The position numbers and the translations under genes are program-made. From the NCBI GenBank assembly GCA_002413325.1, contig DHWT01000323.1, positions 1 through 39,670 on the forward strand: a stretch of 39,670 nucleotides of DNA, in the 5' to 3' direction. The notes under the pieces were generated by a model, which was not told where the DNA came from, made no database searches, and saw nothing but the letters and a program-made list of their open reading frames with translations. Source of the DNA: Chitinophagaceae bacterium UBA5175 (GTDB lineage: Bacteria; Bacteroidota; Bacteroidia; Chitinophagales; Chitinophagaceae). Positions 36,647 through 39,670 of this stretch are shown one piece after another (positions within the stretch are counted from its first letter, which is position 1; each line of letters opens with the position of its first letter).

Positions 36647-38173
36647 ATGCCGCGCTTCGTCACCATATGGTTCCGTCACCTGAAGACGGACTGGCAGTCC
36701 GTCCGCCAGCCCACCCTTCGCTCCCTTCCCTTCGTACTCGCCATACCCGATCACGGTCGCAAGATCATCACAGCTGCCAACCCCCTCGCCCAGCAACAGG
36801 GCATCGAACCGGGCATGGTCGTTGCCGACGCGAAGGCCATCTTTCCTTCGCTCAAAATCATCGACGACGATCCCTCTCTCCCTGAAAAATTATTAAAATC
36901 CATCGCCAAATACTGTATCCGCTATACCGATACCGTCGCCATCGACCTGCCCGACGGATTAATATTAGACGCGACCGGATGCGCACACCTCTGGGGAGGA
37001 GAGAAAAACTATATCGCTGAAATAAATTCCCGTTTAACCAATCGCGGTTACGATGTACGCGCCACCATGGCCGACACCATCGGCGCAGCCTGGGCCATCG
37101 CCCATTATGGCGGTTCATCACCCATCATAGAACCCGGAAAACAGATGGAAGCGCTATTGAATCTTCCACCCTCAGCACTCAGATTAGAACCCGAGGTCAC
37201 CGACCGTCTCTATAAACTCGGTCTCCGTAAAATTAGCCAGTTCATCAACATGCCACGTGCTGCCCTGCGCCGGCGTTTTGGTCAGCATACGATTCTCAGA
37301 TTGGATCAGGCCCTCGGCAACGCAGATGAACCCATCACACCCATCATCCCGCCCGAACCCTTTCGTGAGCGGCTGCCCTGCCTGGAACCCATCGTCACAC
37401 TGACGGGAATCGAAATCGCACTCCAAAGAATGCTTAACGCCCAAAGCCTGACACTTAACGCTAAAGGCATGGGCTTACGGAAAGCTGTTTTTACATGCTA
37501 TCGAATAGACAATAAAGTAGAGCAGGTAGAAATCGGAACCAGTCGCGCTACGGCCAACCCGAAACACCTCTTCAAACTCTTCGAAGAAAAAATACAAACC
37601 ATCGAACCGGCCCTGGGTATCGAACTCTTCATACTCGACGCCACCAGGACAGAAAAAATAATCAACCGCCAGGAATCCATCTGGTCAACAACAGGCGGTC
37701 TCGAGGACCCCGCCATCGCGGAACTGGTGGATCGTCTTTCCAACCGCTTTGGATCATCACCCATCAAACGTTATCAGCCGGATGAACGGCATATGCCGGA
37801 GAATTCTTTTAAACCCGTAGTGAATCTGCTTGAATCAATGGTTGACGGTTCACGGTTGACGGTTGACGGATTTCAGTGGACGACTGACAGACTTAGGCCG
37901 ATCAGCCTGCTTTCTCGTCCGGAACCGATAGATGTAACAGCGCCGATACCCGACTACCCGCCCATGAACTTCCGCTACCGGAACAAACTGCATAAAATAA
38001 AAAAAGCCGACGGGCCGGAACGGATCGAACCGGAATGGTGGATCAGCGAGGGGCGCCACCGTGACTACTACGCCGTGGAAGACGAAGAAGGCGGTCGCTA
38101 CTGGATCTTCCGCGCGGGCCACTACGCGGCGGACCGTTCCCCGAACTGGTTCATCCACGGATATTTTGCTTAA
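36647..38173 (+). CDS. imuB: ImuB, inactive Y-family DNA polymerase
   Basis: GIEPGM.VADA, DGLILDATGCAHLWGGE, LRLDQALG, GPERIEPEWW, RDYY, RYWIFR. Confidence 0.93.
   Translation: MPRFVTIWFRHLKTDWQSVRQPTLRSLPFVLAIPDHGRKIITAANPLAQQQGIEPGMVVADAKAIFPSLKIIDDDPSLPEKLLKSIAKYCIRYTDTVAIDLPDGLILDATGCAHLWGGEKNYIAEINSRLTNRGYDVRATMADTIGAAWAIAHYGGSSPIIEPGKQMEALLNLPPSALRLEPEVTDRLYKLGLRKISQFINMPRAALRRRFGQHTILRLDQALGNADEPITPIIPPEPFRERLPCLEPIVTLTGIEIALQRMLNAQSLTLNAKGMGLRKAVFTCYRIDNKVEQVEIGTSRATANPKHLFKLFEEKIQTIEPALGIELFILDATRTEKIINRQESIWSTTGGLEDPAIAELVDRLSNRFGSSPIKRYQPDERHMPENSFKPVVNLLESMVDGSRLTVDGFQWTTDRLRPISLLSRPEPIDVTAPIPDYPPMNFRYRNKLHKIKKADGPERIEPEWWISEGRHRDYYAVEDEEGGRYWIFRAGHYAADRSPNWFIHGYFA
37840..37888 (+). 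repeat. Heptamer tandem repeat (GGTTGAC) inside imuB
   Basis: GGTTGAC GGTTCAC GGTTGAC GGTTGAC followed by degenerate units. Confidence 0.7.
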
Positions 38174-38177
38174 CACA

Positions 38178-39670
38178 ATGGAATACACCGAACTCGAAAT
38201 AACGTCCAACTTCAGCTTCCTCCGCGGCGCTTCCCACCCGGAAGAAATCGTCGAATACGCGGCCTCCCTGGGCTATTCCGAAATCGGCATCACGGATAGG
38301 AACAGTCTCGCGGGGATCGTACGCGCGCATGTCGCGGCAAAAGCCTCCGGCATGCGGATCCTGCCTGCCGCGCGACTGGACTTCACCGACGGTCCTCCGC
38401 TGCTCGCCTACCCGGCTAACCTGGAGGGCTATACGCAGTTGTCCGGTCTGCTCACCACCGGCAACCTGCGTGCAGAAAAAGGAAAATGTGAGCTCCATAC
38501 GGCCGATGCCTTTGTCGCGCTGAAAGACCTGCGTCTCATCGCCATTCCGCCCACGGCCCTCAATGCGGAATTTGCATTCGACCCTTGCTTCGAAAAAAAT
38601 CTTTCCATCTATCGGGAAGTCTTTGGTGAACGATTATACCTCGCCGCTACCCGCCGTTATCTGGGCGACGACGCCAAACAGCTCTTCCGTCTCGCGCAGA
38701 TCTCGAAACGTTTGGCCATTCCGCTGGTCGCCACCAACGATGTGCATTACCATAACCCGGAACGCCGTCAGCTGCAGGATGTGCTCACCTGCATCCGTGA
38801 GAAATGCACCATTCAAAATGCCGGATACAAACTGCAACAGAACGCCGAGCGTCACCTGAAGTCAGTCGCCGAAATGAAAAGGCTCTTCCTCCACTATCCC
38901 GAAGCCATCCGCGCTACGCAGGAGATCGTGGAAGCCTGTCAGTTCTCTTTAAGCGAATTAAAATATGTATATCCCGAAGAACTCACCACCGAAGGCAGGA
39001 CCCCGCAGGAAGAGATCGTCCATCTCGCCTGGAAGGGCGCGCGGGAACATTACGGAGAAATCATTCCGGAAACCATTTCAAAAAATATACGCTATGAACT
39101 CCGCTTCATCGAAGAGATGAACTACGCGGCCTATTTTCTCACGGTCTACGATATCGTGCGCTATGCCCGCTCGCAGGGCATCCTCTGCCAGGGCCGCGGA
39201 TCGGCGGCCAACAGCACCATCTGTTACTGTCTCGGCATCACCAGCGTGGACCCCACGAAATTTGATCTCTTATTCGAACGCTTCATCTCCTCGGCGCGCA
39301 ACGAACCGCCCGATATCGACGTGGACTTTGAACACGAGCGCCGCGAAGAAGTGATCCAGTACATCTACAATAAATACGGGCGCGAACGGGCCGCCATCGT
39401 AGCCACCGTAACACAGGAGCGGCAGCGTGGTTCCATCCTTGACGTGGGTAAGGCCATGGGTCTCTCGGTGGATACGATCAAACAGATCTCTTCTTCCATC
39501 CGGGAGTTCAGGCCCGAATTCCTGGAAGGCAAACTCGGGGCCGGACAGGCGTTGAATCCGCTGGATCCTTTATTACGAAAAACTTTAGAACTCACCGGAC
39601 AGCTCATGGGATTTCCGCGGCAGCTCGGCATGCATACCGGCGGATTCGTGATCACCCAGGGGAAATTATC
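38178..39670 (+). CDS. dnaE2: Error-prone DNA polymerase DnaE2 (runs off right edge)
   Basis: MEYTELEITSNFSFLRGASHPEE, ITDRNSLAG, ATNDVHYH, CQGRGSAANS, LLFERF, EPPDIDVDFEH, GFPRQLGMHTGG. Confidence 0.95.
   Translation, partial: MEYTELEITSNFSFLRGASHPEEIVEYAASLGYSEIGITDRNSLAGIVRAHVAAKASGMRILPAARLDFTDGPPLLAYPANLEGYTQLSGLLTTGNLRAEKGKCELHTADAFVALKDLRLIAIPPTALNAEFAFDPCFEKNLSIYREVFGERLYLAATRRYLGDDAKQLFRLAQISKRLAIPLVATNDVHYHNPERRQLQDVLTCIREKCTIQNAGYKLQQNAERHLKSVAEMKRLFLHYPEAIRATQEIVEACQFSLSELKYVYPEELTTEGRTPQEEIVHLAWKGAREHYGEIIPETISKNIRYELRFIEEMNYAAYFLTVYDIVRYARSQGILCQGRGSAANSTICYCLGITSVDPTKFDLLFERFISSARNEPPDIDVDFEHERREEVIQYIYNKYGRERAAIVATVTQERQRGSILDVGKAMGLSVDTIKQISSSIREFRPEFLEGKLGAGQALNPLDPLLRKTLELTGQLMGFPRQLGMHTGGFVITQGKL

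Noticed and set aside
35904-39655. Many alternative-frame and antisense ORFs over imuA-imuB-dnaE2
   Set aside because: Shadow ORFs of GC-rich coding sequence.

Overview
Bacteroidota chromosomal mosaic, probably Chitinophagaceae-like (inferred from RteC, ECF/FecR, DUF6266-like, YWKNG lipoproteins and CTAA-N5-TTAG boxes). Left to right: (1) 1-2336, AT-rich single genes separated by three copies of a conserved, gap-free, dyad-symmetric 44-bp element that looks like a recombination site, i.e. a candidate integron-like cassette array with no attC or integrase visible; (2) peroxiredoxin, hypotheticals, a PD-(D/E)XK-like gene and yefM-yoeB; (3) a GH88/TIM-barrel/Gfo/SDR/MFS sugar catabolic operon; (4) an IS remnant, orphan rteC, a 47-48-bp repeat and an ECF sigma/FecR pair; (5) a compact divergent module of holin-like, DUF5675-like and Ig-like genes facing HTH and DUF6266-like genes across helically phased 11-bp and 10-bp repeat arrays; (6) a defence island (PLD-Zn finger, vsr-dcm-MvaI/BcnI-like R-M, Avs5-like SIR2-STAND-TPR); (7) a broken imuA-imuB' copy, about 7 kb of accessory genes, then imuA-imuB-dnaE2 running off the right end. 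All family calls are from motif recognition by eye; no searches were run.
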